Shown here: positions 25,397 through 38,330 of the stretch, in pieces
How positions within the stretch are numbered: position 1 is the stretch's first letter
How the letters are laid out: every line of letters starts with the position of its first letter
Assembly: GCA_039545335.1 (NCBI GenBank)
Contig: BCIN01000008.1
Location: forward strand, 321,528 to 385,527
Origin: Kondoa subrosea
Lineage: Eukaryota
DNA length: 64,000 bases
Direction: 5' to 3'
The notes under the pieces: generated by a model
What the model saw: only the letters and a program-made list of their open reading frames with translations
Told to the model about the DNA's origin: nothing
Databases searched by the model: none
Position numbers and translations under genes: made by a program

Positions 25397-26563
25397 GATA
25401 TCGTTAAAGAAAAGAAGACGCTGGCTTGGAAGATGATAGGTAAGAAGAAGAAGAGAGCGAAAGTATTTCTCGGCTTCTTATAGCTATGAGCGTCTTCATA
25501 TGGTAACCGGTGCGAACTTGGTTTCTCGCTCTTATAAAAGGGTTCAGGGTTCGCGCATGGTTGTTGTCGGGAGAAAAAATTCCACGCTATTATATCAATA
25601 TTGCCATGCGGAGTCGAGAAGGACAAGTAGTAGTGACGAGATGCTATGAGCTTGCGTCTAATCTGGGTCATAATCGATACCAAGCTCGAGGTTATCCCGC
25701 ATCGCATATTTGAGCCGAAGGCAGAAGTGGAACTCGTTGATTCGTAATGAGACTTTGGTGTCTGGTAGCAGATAAAAGGTGCTTATACATTGTCGTTCGG
25801 TACAGCGCAATTGGACTGGAATTAAATAGAATGATGATTCTGAGCAATGGCGTTCGAGAGCCTCGTGGAGCAAGTCACGTAGACATGAGAGCACAGGCCT
25901 GGCTAGCCAAGTATCGGTATCTCGCCAATATCAGAGAAAGCCGAATGCCCTAGCAAGGAAAATTGTCAACACCCTTAGTAGCTAAGCTCACTGATATACA
26001 AGGGATGCAAGCGGTCGCAGGCACTGTACAAAGGAGCGTCGTCCTGTCTGCCATATAGCGAAATTCCGATTTCTCTGATGGATTTTGGCAGCATTCATCT
26101 TGGCACATGACTTCTTGATGTAACGCAATAAGCCAGCGTCAGTCCAACACAGATTCTAGAGAGAAGGGTATACGCCATGACATTGCGATTCGTCGAACCA
26201 AACAAGAATGAAGCCTTGATGAGTGATGTCGTATCTATCGCCTCAGGATTCATTCCAGAGCAACCACAAGCCGGAAGAAACAAGCCTAAGATACGGGATC
26301 ATTGTAGCAGTGGTCATCTGAGAGCATTGCGTGCGAAGCGGTTGAAGAGAAGAGCGAAGCTCTTCCAACTAAAAGGCTGTTTTGCGGGCTCACTCTGTTC
26401 CAATTATGGCAGCCGAATTATCGTAGTGCTCGGCCTATGCGGGATTCTTCCTATGTTGTGTCTGCTGTGCTCTCTGAACGTATCTTCTGAATTTTGTCTC
26501 TGCCTCTTTGTCTTTTGCATCTCGTACTGATCTTGGTCTTTCCTTTGGAGCATCACTACAACA

Positions 26564-27439
26564 ATGAATGCAGCTAAGGAAGGCTCAGAAGACAAGACAG
26601 AATACGTATGTGGTTCTCCGATGATACAGCCTTCCACTTGACTTTCGAAGCAGAACAGAATGATCAATGGCGAGCTGTACGACTTTAACGATCTATACAT
26701 TTCTCGTGCCTTTGCCGAAAGTCAACGCAAATTGAAAGCCATTCATGCGGAAGAAGATGAAGGCAAACGAATGAATCTGCTCAAAGGCTTCTTTGATGTC
26801 AAGCCTGACGCGGATTTCTATTGTGCTTTGCCTTTGAATGCTCAATTCGTGAGTTTTTAGGCCATCTCTCTGTCACTGTGTCATCAATACTTCATCAGGG
26901 CTTTAACATCAAGATGGGAACTGGCGGAGGAATAGGCCAGAACTGCAAGTTTCTGGATGCCTGTCCAAGTTAGTCATTCGACTCTTAGCTATTCAAGAGT
27001 CTGAGAAGGGCAATAGTCACCATTGGAGACAGGGTCTTGATCGCGCCAGGTCCGCCTAACATTCAGCTCTCATGCTAAATTGACGTTCAACTACACACAG
27101 GTGTACAATTCTATACTGGTAAGTCAATTTCCGAACAGGCGGCTCCCGCTGATGTGAAACAGCTTCCCATCCTATCTCACCTGAAGAAAGAAATGGAATG
27201 TATGGCAAAGAGTACTCGAAACCGATTGAAGTTGGAGACGATTGCTGGATCGGAGGTTGCGTGATTCTGCTTCCTGGAATCAAGATTGGTAAAGGCTCAG
27301 TAATCGGTGCAGGTTCAGTGGTAGTAAGTCGCTCACTGATGGTACGTATTGTCTGATCAAAGGTTTGCAGACGCATGATGTACCGGAACGCGTTGTAGTA
27401 GCTGGTAATCCTGCACGCATCATTAGACGTATAGAATAG
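26564..27439 (+). CDS. Maltose/galactoside O-acetyltransferase (trimeric LpxA-like hexapeptide repeat)
   Basis: [81 protein letters not shown]. Confidence 0.92.
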
Positions 27440-27756
27440 CTATGCAACACCAAACTTGAGCCGTATTGGAGGCGATCAATTTGTGACATCCGGCAGCTTG
27501 TTGATTTGTAGCAGCCAGAGCATCGGCGCAATATACCTGCTAGAAGCGCCTTCGAACTATACCTGAGACTATATATCACTGTCCTGTCTTTTGGAGTGCC
27601 TCCGTGGATTGAAGCCTGAAACTTGCATTTAAAGTCGACCAGTTCTCACTCGTATTCAGCTGCTGGCCCATCGCTTCCTCTTGTCTGGCCCACATATTTC
27701 TGTGAAATACGTATGCTGTACCGAATGGCTTTGGTACCCGTCGCAGTGAAGGCTTG

Positions 27757-30386
27757 ATGCGTCCTGATCGAATGCTTGGCCAAACAATGTCAAGGTCTCA
27801 ATTGGATGAATTCATCGCCGACAAACGGCGCTCTTCCAAAATCGACGCTCTTGAACGGAAACTTAGTCAGTCTGTAGCATGACTTTGGCTCGGAAGTTTA
27901 TACTTCTTCGCCAATCGAAGCATATTCGTACAAAACGCAAGGGGTCAGCTGCTATAGCAAAAAGGATTACAATCAAGCGCTGGATCTCTACCACAAGGCA
28001 TTCTGTACGCTTCTAGATCTGCCACAAGCGATACCTTCCGGCTTTGAGCAAGTCTGGGAAAGATACTCCAACTTGGACTGGAGGGTTTTGGTAGACCTAA
28101 TGGCGATCTGCAACAATATTGCGTTGATCCATGAGAAGCGGAAGGAGATTGAATCGGCTCTGCAATGGCTGTACGAGGTTGCTGTTATGCACGAAGGCAA
28201 CGCATACAAAAGTGCGACCGAAACTTCACATGGCTGGGCGGAGGCACAAATAGGAGTCAGTTGTCGGACACAATCAAGCTCATACGACAGCTTATGAAAT
28301 TAACAGGTAGTTGAAATACCGATATCGCGGTGTAAGAACCATCTTAGAAAATCTAAGATGTTTTTGGAGCTTGGCAGTACGGCTATTCTTGCCAGGCTAT
28401 GTACAACATCGTTTGACTATATTCCAGATACTGCACAAGCATCGAAAGAGCTCAGAGTCGCCTTGGGCTGCACTCATACTAGTCCAGATCTGCAGAATTT
28501 TCCAGAGATTCAAAAGCTTACATCGGCAGGACAAGCTTCACTCAGATCTATAGGAGCTATCAAGCATCCTGATATTGGTCAAGCAGATACAAGCTTGCAT
28601 GAGAATATCGTTCCGACGTACCATGTTCGCGGAAGCTGGACCAGAATAAGACCGACAGATACACCCGAAGCTCGATTTGGTGCTTCAGCTTTCGTATACA
28701 AATCAAGGCTTTACTATCAAGGTGGTGAGACCACTAGTAAGGACATGCAGACCGTTAGACTCACCGTAGGTTCGATGTCCGGCTTTCTACCCATGTAGCA
28801 GAAGCTGAATCGTCATTCTTAGAGTTTTTATTACCTTGATTTGCATAACAAAGAATCGTGGGTCAAATTGCCAGATACGCCTTATCACCTTCTATCTTTA
28901 CCTCACTCTTTATCTGGCGGTTCGTATCAGCTTGGCGTACATAAAGGCAAAGCATACCTGTTCATTGGAGCTTTGGATCTGCTACAATTCGATCTCGAAC
29001 AAGAAAGATGGTCAGTTGTTCAATCCACTTCAGCATTCACTTGGCCATATAAGTCCTGCCTACGAAAAGCGTCGACTGCTGTACACAAAGGCATCATGTA
29101 CGTCTGCAACGGAGCAACGGACGAGTATCATATCGGCAATACTCTGCTCTTGGCTTTGAATTTGGAAACAATGAAGTGGACACATTTGGCTGGTACACCT
29201 CAACCTTTGGCAAAGATGGGGAAACAGCCGCCGATGCGAGTAGAAGGGAAGTGCTGGATAGATCCGGTGGAAGAAGCTCTGTATCTTCTTTTCTGCGCTG
29301 TTCGTCGACAGTCTTGCATTTATTTTGAGAGTCTCATGCTATCGACACAGGCAAATCGAATATCTGACAACAACTTCCCAGTATGAGATTATCTCGAATC
29401 CTCCGAGCCAATACTGATAGGCTTGGTGATTTAGTCGCCTGTTGATAGCTTGTGTAACGGGACATTCGAAAAGGCTCCTGGCAGCAAGTTTCTCTCTGGA
29501 ACAATCAGCCTGCGAATCGGACTGAATTTGCTTTATGGTTCGCTATTGTGCTTCTACCACGCCTCAGATAACGGATAGTGCTACAGTACCAACACGAAAC
29601 TTGGCCTTACCGTCATTGGCTCTGGCTATAATTGTGCTTTAGTGTCGGGTGTCGCAGGCATGCCAGGTCGTTACTCTTACTCTTATTTGGGTGATTTCTT
29701 CACTCGTGATCAAGGGACTGGTTGCTGGAGACAAATCATTTCTAGAGGATTCCCTGTGTATAGAGGTGATATTCCGTCTGAATGGCTCTGGAAAGAAGCT
29801 AATAGCAGGAGTACAGCTGATGCTTCTTTGGTCTGCGATCCTAATACTGGTAATATGTACTTCCTGGGCGGATATACCAATGCAGAGTGAGTACAAGCTG
29901 CAGCCTCCAATTCCCTGTCTTATGAGCTTTTGAAAGATACATGCACGCAGTTCAAAGTGTGCTCTGCAGGTGTAAGTGACCTTATCTTTCGCCTACAGTA
30001 ACAAGACCATGGATGCCTACAACAAAGTCTACGGCGATATCTGGCAATTATATCTTGATGTCCCCGGTGGTGGCTTGTCCGTTCTCTGTTACTTTCTCTT
30101 CCGTCTACCTCGCTGATATCTTTCATAGCGAAAACGTCAATCTAGAAGAAGAAGCTCGGCTGAGCAAATTTGGTCTCAGTTTCAGATGCTTCAATTGCGC
30201 GTCTTTGAGCGAGAAGCACAAGCAATGTGCCGGAACGTGCGGAGGCAAGATCTTCTTCTGCTCTCGCGATTGTCAGACAGAGAGCTGGAAAGAGCATCAA
30301 AAGCTTCAGTATGTCCTTTCCATCCAGTTCACTTCTGAACTGAACCTCTGTGTTTTCTCAGCGGATGTAAGAAGAAGAAAAGGTAG
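27757..30386 (+). CDS. Helical/TPR-like + Kelch repeats + C-terminal MYND zinc finger protein; start uncertain
   Basis: PEARFGASAFVYKSRLYYQGG and MYFLGGY kelch motifs; CFNC..CAGTC..FCSRDCQTESWKEH..HGC MYND finger. Confidence 0.8.
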
Positions 30387-30516
30387 CATAGCTCTTCTAT
30401 AGCATTACTAGTGCCCCTTTACCCGTTCTTGTGACCCAATTCCGACAACCCAAAAGTGGCGAGTCCGACACATATAAAAGCCAGTCTCTTTATAGTCATT
30501 GCTATTCTGCAAAGGA

Positions 30517-31558
30517 ATGAGCTACGAGCCCGCGTATACTCCGCTGGCAGCAATGCGAGCATCACCAGCGTTCCGCCCGCCTTTTACTTCCTCCTTCAAT
30601 GTCAAAACGCACGACAAGTCCATGTCATATCCCTCGGTACAGCAAGATGACGCAGCTCAGTACGAAAGCATCAATCGAGCTCGTGAAGCAGAAGCTGTCA
30701 ATACAATCAGACAGGAAATACAGATCATCTCTATATTGAGCGAAGATGCTATCACGCCTGAAGTCTTCAAGTCGTATCTGCCCTCTTTGACCGAGGCTCT
30801 TTACGGGGAAGTTATGTCCGAAAGACAAGCTTCCAATCTGTGTAGCTATCCTTGCTGTGGGAATCCTATTGTAGCCAGACCAGCAGATCAACCGCTCTTT
30901 CGACTTGGCGCTGGGAAGCTTCTGGACGTAAGGGAACGCAATACCTTCTGCAGTAAGAGTGAGTGCTTTACTTGTCGTGCTATCGTACAAGCTGATCGTA
31001 TATTATACAGCTTGTCACTCGAGATCGAAATGGGTAGAAAGAGTTTGTCTGGGTCCAGCCCAAGATCCACGTCTACTTGAAGAGGTAGAAGCTCAAGACG
31101 CTTTATCTACTTCTTCTCCTGCTTCTTCTTCGCCTATTGTTGTTGCACCAGCTACATCGCAACCAATAGCCAGCACTTCCACTTTACCTCTTATTGCCAA
31201 TCTATCCATAGTAGAGAACTCCACAGACCCAACAGCTCAACCGCCTTCTGCTACTCAAATGGATTTCGAAGCTCCCTCACAAAATGTTCCACCTTCAAAT
31301 GCAAGTCGATTTATCCTCAGCAGGAAAATGAAGACTAAACAACCTACTTCTCCCTCTTCTCTATCAAGCCCTGTTAAGCAAGAACCACAAGCACAGGAAG
31401 TGGAGCCAGGGGAAAAGATTCCGGTCGCTTACCCCGTAGAAGTAGAAATGGGTTCAGGTGAAGTGGAAGAAGATTACGAGAGTGAAGAGATGAGGGACAT
31501 AATGATGATGGCTCTTGGATTAAGAGCGGAATTGAGAGCTAGTGGAGAATTGGAGTGA
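30517..31558 (+). CDS. RTR1: RTR1/RPAP2-domain RNA polymerase II CTD phosphatase-like protein
   Basis: LYGEVMSERQASNLCSYPCCGN..FCSK..CH zinc-binding domain. Confidence 0.8.
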
Positions 31559-32162
31559 CCTTGAGAAGTGAAGCGAAACCCTTTCGGAGAAGGTCAGTTT
31601 CTGCCTTTGATTCGTGATGGAAGATGAAGCTGATGAAAGTGTGCTTTATAGAACATCTTCTTCTGCTTCGCCTCGGCAAGCAACAGCAAAATCTTGCTGC
31701 TGATCTCTTTAGTAGCAAATTTGCTTCGGAAGACGAGTACCTTGGCGCAAGAGGATCGTTGAAGTATGCTTCACATTCTTAACACCTTAAATCTCGCTCT
31801 GACATTGATTAGGCATCAATCTTGCTCACTGCAGCCCGAATAGAGCTGACCTGTGGGCTGCCAATCAAGCTGATCCTGATCGTCGTAATTCTGTTTCTCA
31901 TAGCTCGTTGTGTACAGTACTTTTGCATGTATATCAGCATTGTAACAATCTAACAATCTCGCTGTGTTTCCTGCCATCAATACCCTTCGGAATTTCCTGT
32001 CGTCATTGATTGACCTCTGACAATCACTCTTGCGAGCACTTGCCAGAGCTCTACATTAACGGTGAGCACCCTTCTAGACCTAACACACGCGCCTTTGTCT
32101 GATCAGCCGCGTTTCTGCCTCACTGCAGCCTTATCTCGGTTTTGCAATCTCACGATACAGCA

Positions 32163-33559
32163 ATGTCGTCTCCTCCCGTTTCTTACGCTGAAATAGTCCA
32201 GAAGACTACTTCTGACGAAGCTCACGCTCAGACTGACGGGTGCGCTCTCTCATTCATTCACACAAGTCTTGGACATTGATAAGGCTGTGCCCGAATCCAG
32301 TCTTCAAGAAGGAGTCTCTGAGAACGTCAACATGCCTTTACATGGTAACCCTGATGCTGTGACACCTACTAGCAGCAACAAATCTGGAGACAAAGCTTCT
32401 TCTGGCTCGGAGAAGAAAGATTCCTTGACCCGAATGTGCGTGCGGCGGACTCTGCTATCAGCTTTGCGCTGATATGGCATGACTTGCTGATGCACAGTCA
32501 GAGTATCCCAGTCGTTCAGGAGACTTTGGACCGAGTTTTGGCAATCATCAAGTCCAACTCGCTTTTGGCAGCACTTTACGCTCGCGGAGAACAAATGACT
32601 CAACTCCTCTACAACCAAACTCGTTCTCTCGTTAACCCTGTTCTATCTACTGCCGACATCTATGCCTCTAAAGGTCTTGATGCTTTCGAAGCTCGTTACC
32701 CTAATGCTTTCAAGGCCAACACTGAAGATATGATCAAGACTGCTCATTTACCGGTTGATTTCGCTGTTGATTCTTTCAGAACTCGTTTGGAAGGTGCGTT
32801 ACAAGATTGGCCTGAGACTTTTGGGTCTTATTCAGGAAACCTCTTGAACGTGCAGGCGCTCAAGCTTCTCTCGTCGCTGTTCAAGATCGTCTTACCGTGA
32901 GTGATTCTTTCCATGAGCTCAAAAGAGCTTTCAGGAGCGTAATTGTCACAGGGCGCTGTTTCTTCTGTTGCTGAGAAAGTCCCTCGAACTCAAGAAGATG
33001 CTCAGAAAGCCGCTCAGGTCAGTCATGATGCTGTCGACCAATAAGATTGATTCTCATTGAAAGGTCTTGTGAACTGACAGGACTACTACTCTGAACTGGT
33101 CAAGTTGCGTGATCAGACCAAATCTCAGATTGCCGAAGCACCAGAAAACGTCAAAACTGTGTTTGTTTTCCTCTCACTTCGATATCAGGTAGATCCTGAT
33201 TCGATTATCGCTGCGAATGGACAGCTATGAACCTTTGTTGGCTTCCCTTCAAAACGGTATCGATGATGTGAACAAGATCTTGATGGATAAAGAAACCCCG
33301 TGCGTACCTGTCTCAATCATCATGCCTTGACATGTTTTGACAGATCAAATGGGCTGCACAGAGTCACTGAACGAGCTACCAAAGTCGCTACTTATTCTCG
33401 CGAGAACTTGCCTAAAGTCGTTGGTGATACTTTGAACCATCTCAGAGGGTCAGCATAGTGTTATTGGGTTAATCTGCTTGACGCTGATTCTCAGTGACCG
33501 ACTCTGACAGAATGGTCATTAGCAAGAAGGAGGAAGTTCAGAAGAAGGCTTCGGAGTAA
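32163..33559 (+). CDS. Perilipin-like (CAP20/Mpl1/LDP1-type) lipid droplet protein
   Basis: SIPVVQETL..PVLSTADIYASKGLDAFEARYP PAT-like motif followed by amphipathic helices. Confidence 0.75.
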
Positions 33560-33861
33560 AGCTTTTTCGCGCGAAGGTATGTCTAGTTCGACAATAGTTC
33601 TCTCGTTTGCTGATTTATGTAGAATAGCCTGAATAGGGGATGGGGTCGAGATGGACCAGAGGAAGAGGAAAGGGGTATCGTATCGCAGGACACTACTTAG
33701 AGGATTGTTTTTTCTTCATGCTTATTTCACATAGAGGGCTTTCATCAATGATTGCAAATGTACAAAGGATTGGGAACAGCGTCTGTGCTAGAAACTAAAG
33801 TAATGGCGTATTTATTGGAAATACCAAAAATCGCACAAGTTGCATTTGTTAGACCAGAACG

Positions 33862-36462
33862 ATGACACCGAGTGTGAAATCCAGTAAAGAGCATTCGTCA
33901 GCTTCCAAGCTCACGCGTATAGCTATTGTGAGCCCTTAGCTATTGCCATTGCTCACGAGCTCAAGTTTTCTTTTCATTAGATCAATGCAGATGTACGTCT
34001 TCGACACCAATTGATACAAGCACTGCGACTGACAATCAGCCACAACGCAGCGATGTAAGCCGAAGAAATGCAAGCAAGAATGCAAGAAATCATGCCCAGT
34101 TTGTCGAATGGGCAAATTGTGTATAGAAGTAGGACCGACGTGAGTGGTTGCTTGGTTTGCCTGTATGAGCGTAAGCTGATGAGGCTGATCTTGCGCTCAC
34201 AGTGATAAGGTTTGCTGTACATTAGACCGCTCTTCACAGTGTCTGATATTTTGTCACAAGATTGCTTTCATTTCTGAAGAACTTTGTATTGGTTGCGGTA
34301 TCTGCCCTAAAAAGTATGAGGTCCTACTTCTCACCATTGTGGTTGACTGATCCTTCCATTCGCAGATGCCCTTTCGAAGCTATAACAATTATCAATTTAC
34401 CAACAAAGTCCGTCCGCTTGATTCTTTAAGAACTTCTCGTTCTTATTGTTTCTGCGGTGGACAGTCTGGAAAAAGAAGTCACGCATCGTTTCTCAGCAAA
34501 CAGTTTCAAACTACATAGATTACCTGTACCGAGAACTGGTCAAGTTTTAGGATTAGTAGGAGCAAACGGAACTGGAAAATCTACTGCTTTGAAGATCTTA
34601 GCTGGAAAACTCAAGCCTAATCTAGGTCGATATGATGTCAGCAGCTTTCGTTGTTCAGTCTAATAGCAAGACTAACATATCCGGGCTTTGCTGACAGGAC
34701 CCACCGGATTGGCAAGATATTCTCAAACATTTCAGAGGCAGCGAATTGCAAAATTACTTTACTAAGATTCTCGAAGACAACTTGAAAGCAATCATCAAAC
34801 CTCAATATGTAGATCATATTCCGAGAGCGATCAAAGGTGGTCAAACAGTCAAAGAAATGTTGGAATCCAAACATGAGATGAATAATATGGATCAAGTGAT
34901 TGCGATGCTTGATTTGGAAGAAGTTTTGGGAAGAGAACCGAAACAATTGTCAGGTGGTGAATTGCAACGATTCGCTATTGCTATGACATGTGTTCAGAAA
35001 GCCGATGTGTGAGTCCTCCGATTTGCTGTCAGGGTGAGTTCTGATAGTTCATTCGGTCGCACTTACAGCTACATGTTCGACGAACCTTCTTCTTACCTGG
35101 ATGTCAAACAACGTCTTAATGCAGCTCGAGTCATCAGAAGCTTGCTTGGACCAGATACCTATGTTATTGTCGTCGAGCACGATTTGTCTGTTTTGGATTA
35201 CCTTTCCGATTTCATTTGCTGCTTGTACGGTAAACCTGCAGTGTATGGTGTGGTCACCTTACCATATGGTGTACGAGAAGGTAGGCTTATCTATCTAATA
35301 CATATGTGACTTTGCGACGCCAATGTTATATCGGTAGGCATCAATATCTTCTTGGACGGAAACATCCCAACAGAAAATTTGCGTTTCCGAGAAGAATCGC
35401 TCAATTTCAAGATTGCGGAAACGGCGGAAGAGTTCTTGATTGAGAAATCGAGATCTGTAGATTATCCAGCCATGACTAAGACTTTGGGCAATTTTCAGTT
35501 GGATGTCGATCCTGGTAAATTCTCAGATTCGGAAATTGTTGTTTTGGTAGGAGAGAACGGTACTGGTGAGTATAGCCGTTCACCAAGATCGTTCTGGAAT
35601 CTCGGTGTTAAAGGCTGTGCCAATAGGCAAATCCACTTTCGTTCAAATGTTGGCTGGTAAACTTACGCCTGACAACGGTATTCAACCACCAGGAATGACT
35701 GTGTCTCTCAAACCTCAAACTATCGCACCGAAATTTCAAGGAACAGTCCGAATGCTTTTACTCAAACAAATTAAAGCTTCTTTCCTTCATCCGCAATTCC
35801 AAACAGATGTAGTCAAACCTATGCAGATCGAATCTATTATCGATAACGAAGTTCAGCAGCTGTCTGGTGGTGAATTGCAAAGAGTTGCCATCGTGCTTTG
35901 TTTGGGCAAACCTGCTGATGTATATCTGATCGTGCGTGGGCATATCTTCCGATGTATTTGGCACTCATTGTCAAGGTTGCTCAAATCACAGGATGAACCT
36001 TCCGCTTATCTTGATTCAGAACAACGTATCATTGCAAGCAGGGTCATCAAGCGTTTCATCTTGCATTCGAAGAAGGTGAGCAGACTGCGCGATTCGCAGA
36101 GTGTTTTGTTAAGTTATAGCGATCTGCCACAGACCGCCTTCATCGTCGAGCACGATTTCATCATGGCTACATATCTATCGGACAGAGTCATCGTCTACGA
36201 AGGTCAACCTTCCGTTCACGCCAGAGCTTTGACTCCTTCTTCACTTCTTTTGGGCTTCAACGCTTTCTTGAAATCGCTTGAGATCACTTTCAGAAGAGAT
36301 CCGACCAACTTCAGACCTAGAATCAATAAGTTTGATTCGCAAAAGGATAAAGGTATGTCTTTGGGGACTCAGTTTAAGCACTATTGCTTGTGACTTATAT
36401 CTATACGTAACTTTTCAGAACAGAAAGCTGGAGGAAATTATTTCTTTGTGGACGACGCTTAG
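33862..36462 (+). CDS. RLI1: ABCE1/RLI1 Fe-S ABC ATPase (ribosome recycling)
   Basis: [32 protein letters not shown], two Walker A motifs ([18 protein letters not shown]), LSGGELQR twice, [15 protein letters not shown]. Confidence 0.97.
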
Positions 36463-36834
36463 ACAGACAAGTTTTGCGTCTCCAGACTTTGGCAGTTCAA
36501 TTACTTGGCTTGGTCTGCAACTTTTTCAAGCTAGGCCTCGCTGGTATGATACTCCAAGCTTGTACAATAGAGATGTAGAGTATGGAAGAGGGCAAGAGCG
36601 CGAGCATTGTGCAGCTGATGTGGGCATACATTACCGCAAGCTGCAATAGAAATTGCCAACCTCGCAATCGACTCTCATCTGGATAGACATGATCTGTTAC
36701 GCGATTTTGCTACATTGAGATCCATATCTCTTCCAGCGAGGCTGATAACGATGGCCAGCCAATCTGATTTCCTAGGATTGCATGGTTCAAATCCAAAAGT
36801 GTTGTTCTCCCCTACCAAACATGTTCTTCTGTCA

Positions 36835-37931
36835 TTACTTCACAGTAACGGGTCGATCTAGCAACTTCCTTAGATGATCTCTCCCGTTAAAATCTTGCTT
36901 TGGACCTGAACCTATCCATTCATCGAAGCATATAGCCAACATTCCATCATGCCTCGCACTGCTCAGGTCAGGTTGACCATCTACGTAAGCAATCAGAACG
37001 GCTCTGATGTCGTGCTGCCGAAGAAAAGATTTACAATTGCCTTGTGTCTCTGGCATTTTCTCGCTTTCTTTGTATTTTGGCAAAGTGCAACCGTATCTCG
37101 ATACACCTTCTCGAGTGAAGCCTAGACGAAGTGCACATTGGGCTGAAGCTTCGTTTCTCGCTATTCGCAACTTGAGCATAAGCGATCAAACTGATAAGCG
37201 CAAGAATATCGCAAACCATTGTGCCTATCCATCGTGCATCAGTTTTCGTATGAGACTCGGTAGAATGAGAGCTTGCATCTAAATACACCTTCTGAGACCT
37301 AAACATCCGTCATTCTTGCTACCCATTGCATATTCCATTAATAATCCACAAGCATGAGTAGTAACATGAGTGCGGTGAAACTCTGATCCATTTGATTAGT
37401 GCTCTTTCTATCTGTTCTTGCTAGCATAGGCTTACTTTTCAGTATAATCACACAGCCAATTTCCACCGCTAAGTTGGCAGGCTGCGCGTGCAATAATCGA
37501 ATAAGGCCAGCAATCCTTTTTGAATCAGTAGAGATATCGTATATGATGAACAAGCAGGAAGCAGAATCTTGTCGGCACACTTCAACCAAAGTCAAGAATT
37601 CTTCTAGCGATTTGAAAGGTCCGAAAGGGAGATAACGGAAGAGAACGTCATTTTCTGGCTGAGAAACAGCGGCGAAGAGATCTTCTCCGTGTACAGAAGG
37701 CTGTCTTTATCGGTTGGAAGCTGCGAAACACACTAGGTGTGAAGAAGAGCATACGATGAGAGGTTCAAGAAGAACACTGTCTGGTACAGTCACATCGCTT
37801 TGAAGAGCTGATCGACGAAGCTCTTTAACGGGAAAAGCGAAATTGAGATCATAGTCCTCTGCAGGGGTTTGCAAGTGGTAGGCTTTGACTTCAAGAGGGG
37901 GAGGCGTTTGGTAAAGGTTCAAGTACTTCAT
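36835..37931 (-). CDS. GNAT (RimJ/RimL-type) N-acetyltransferase
   Basis: NLAVEIGCVIIL, FHRTHVTTHACGLLM, RNEASAQCALRLGFTREGVSR, MLAICFDEW. Confidence 0.8.
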
Positions 37932-38330
37932 AGCAGATCAAGCGAATGGTAAGAGAGAACAGAGCAGAGCAGCAGAGCACATGCCCCGACAGGCAAGTTG
38001 AGTCACTGAGTTATTTCGAGCTTGTTGACTCAGAGCGGCCAGTCTCGCGTTTCGGGAGCGTGTAAAGACCTATCTTGCAGCCATCGATGTCGTTCTATGT
38101 TATTCAGCGTTATCAAAGAACCTGGCTTCGCCTAATTGGAACTCATGGAATCTCATTGCCTTCTGATGTCTCTCTGCTGCAGGTCTCAAATCGTCTACTA
38201 TGCATCTAGAGCCGTTCCTGTCTGTCATGAGCTCGATCTGAGCTGTTCATGGATTTCTGCCGATGTTTCCCTTTGTTGCTCTGTTATAGGGTGTACAATC
38301 TAGCTGTTCCTCTCTGCTCAACTTGTTACA

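Noticed and set aside
26177..26530. 117-aa ORF upstream of the acetyltransferase
   Set aside because: No motif, atypical composition, and it runs through the CT-rich promoter region of the next gene.
31556..31842. TGA-CCT-TGA followed by ~55 open spliced codons after RTR1 (readthrough or selenocysteine)
   Set aside because: It would need double readthrough, no SECIS was seen, Dikarya are not known to use selenocysteine, and an open run of this length is plausible by chance.
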